DNA of 64,000 bases from Pecten maximus (taxonomy: Eukaryota). Of the stretch, positions 63,291-64,000 are shown piece by piece (position 1 is the first letter of the stretch; each line of letters opens with the position of its first letter). The position numbers and the translations under genes were made by a program. A model generated the notes under the pieces. The model searched no databases and was not told the DNA's origin. It saw only the letters and a list, made by a program, of their open reading frames with translations. The DNA lies in the NCBI RefSeq assembly GCF_902652985.1, contig NC_047021.1:40734001-40798000 (forward strand). The letters run 5' to 3'.

Positions 63291-63439
63291 GACAAACAGC
63301 ATGAGCTCGGTTAAAAATACCTAATTAGAATATATTCAGTGATTAAGATCAGTTTAACTTATAAGTTATATACAACGCATCCGTTCTACCTGACGCATGA
63401 TCCCTAACAGTACATATATAATATGCTTTATTGTTCGCG

Positions 63440-63728
63440 CGTTATTTCCCGCACTGTAGTATGTACCCTAGTTTTCGTTATTTTCCGCACTGTAGTATGT
63501 ACCCTAGTTTTCGTTATTTTCTGCACTGTAGTATGTACCCTAGTTTTCGTTATTTTCCGCACTGTAGTATGTACTCTAGTCTTCTTTATTTTCCGCACTG
63601 TAGTATGTACCCTAGTTTACGTTATTTTCCGCACTGTAGTATGTACCCTAGTTTACGTTATTTTCCGCACTGTAGTATGTACCTTAGTTTTCGTTAATTT
63701 CCGCACGGTAATGTGTACCCTAGTTTTT
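63440..63728. repeat. 36-bp minisatellite, about 8 copies
   Basis: Unit CGTTATTTTCCGCACTGTAGTATGTACCCTAGTTTT. Confidence 0.95.
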
Positions 63729-64000
63729 CAGCACGAGCAGGACGTTCTAACTGCCTCGAGGACCAACATATAACAGATCTAGAGTGTATCGCGTCCTGTG
63801 TGCGTTGGTGTAAACTGGCCAAGACTACTTATATGCGGTATACGGTAGCCTATCATATGTAGTCTTGTACATGTATACATTCACGCGCCGCTTGCCAAAC
63901 ACAACAAATTGAAAAGAAGGACGCACGAGCAAAGACTATGATACAAACACGTTTTCAGAACTGACCCGTAAGTGAGAATTTTCTCGGTCTTATATACCCT

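Overview
AT-rich, repeat-dense eukaryotic DNA. The SINE types (V-, Meta/Deu- and CORE-domain-like), CR1/L2 LINE relics and DIRS/Ngaro relic suggest a bivalve mollusc, probably a scallop (inference). I can support no intact protein-coding gene, rRNA, true tRNA or CRISPR array; the long ORFs are read-throughs of 36-, 39- and 42-bp minisatellites. Contents: several minisatellites, decayed transposons (PIF/Harbinger-ISL2EU-type transposase, mariner, CR1/L2 fragments, one with a 2A-like motif, DIRS/Ngaro gag+RT), many SINEs and MITEs, two old local duplications and a recent tandem duplication (5.6-kb and 8.7-kb copies). Best finding: a 49-bp tandem array at about 7246-7668 whose unit is entirely a hammerhead ribozyme (9 cores, one fully intact, compensatory changes in helix I). 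Also notable: a SINE family with a structured 145-bp extension upstream of its tRNA-like head, two 42-bp arrays that are ungapped homologues, and a 170-bp-arm palindrome with a mini-MITE at its centre. All alignments and folds were done by eye, so boundaries are approximate.
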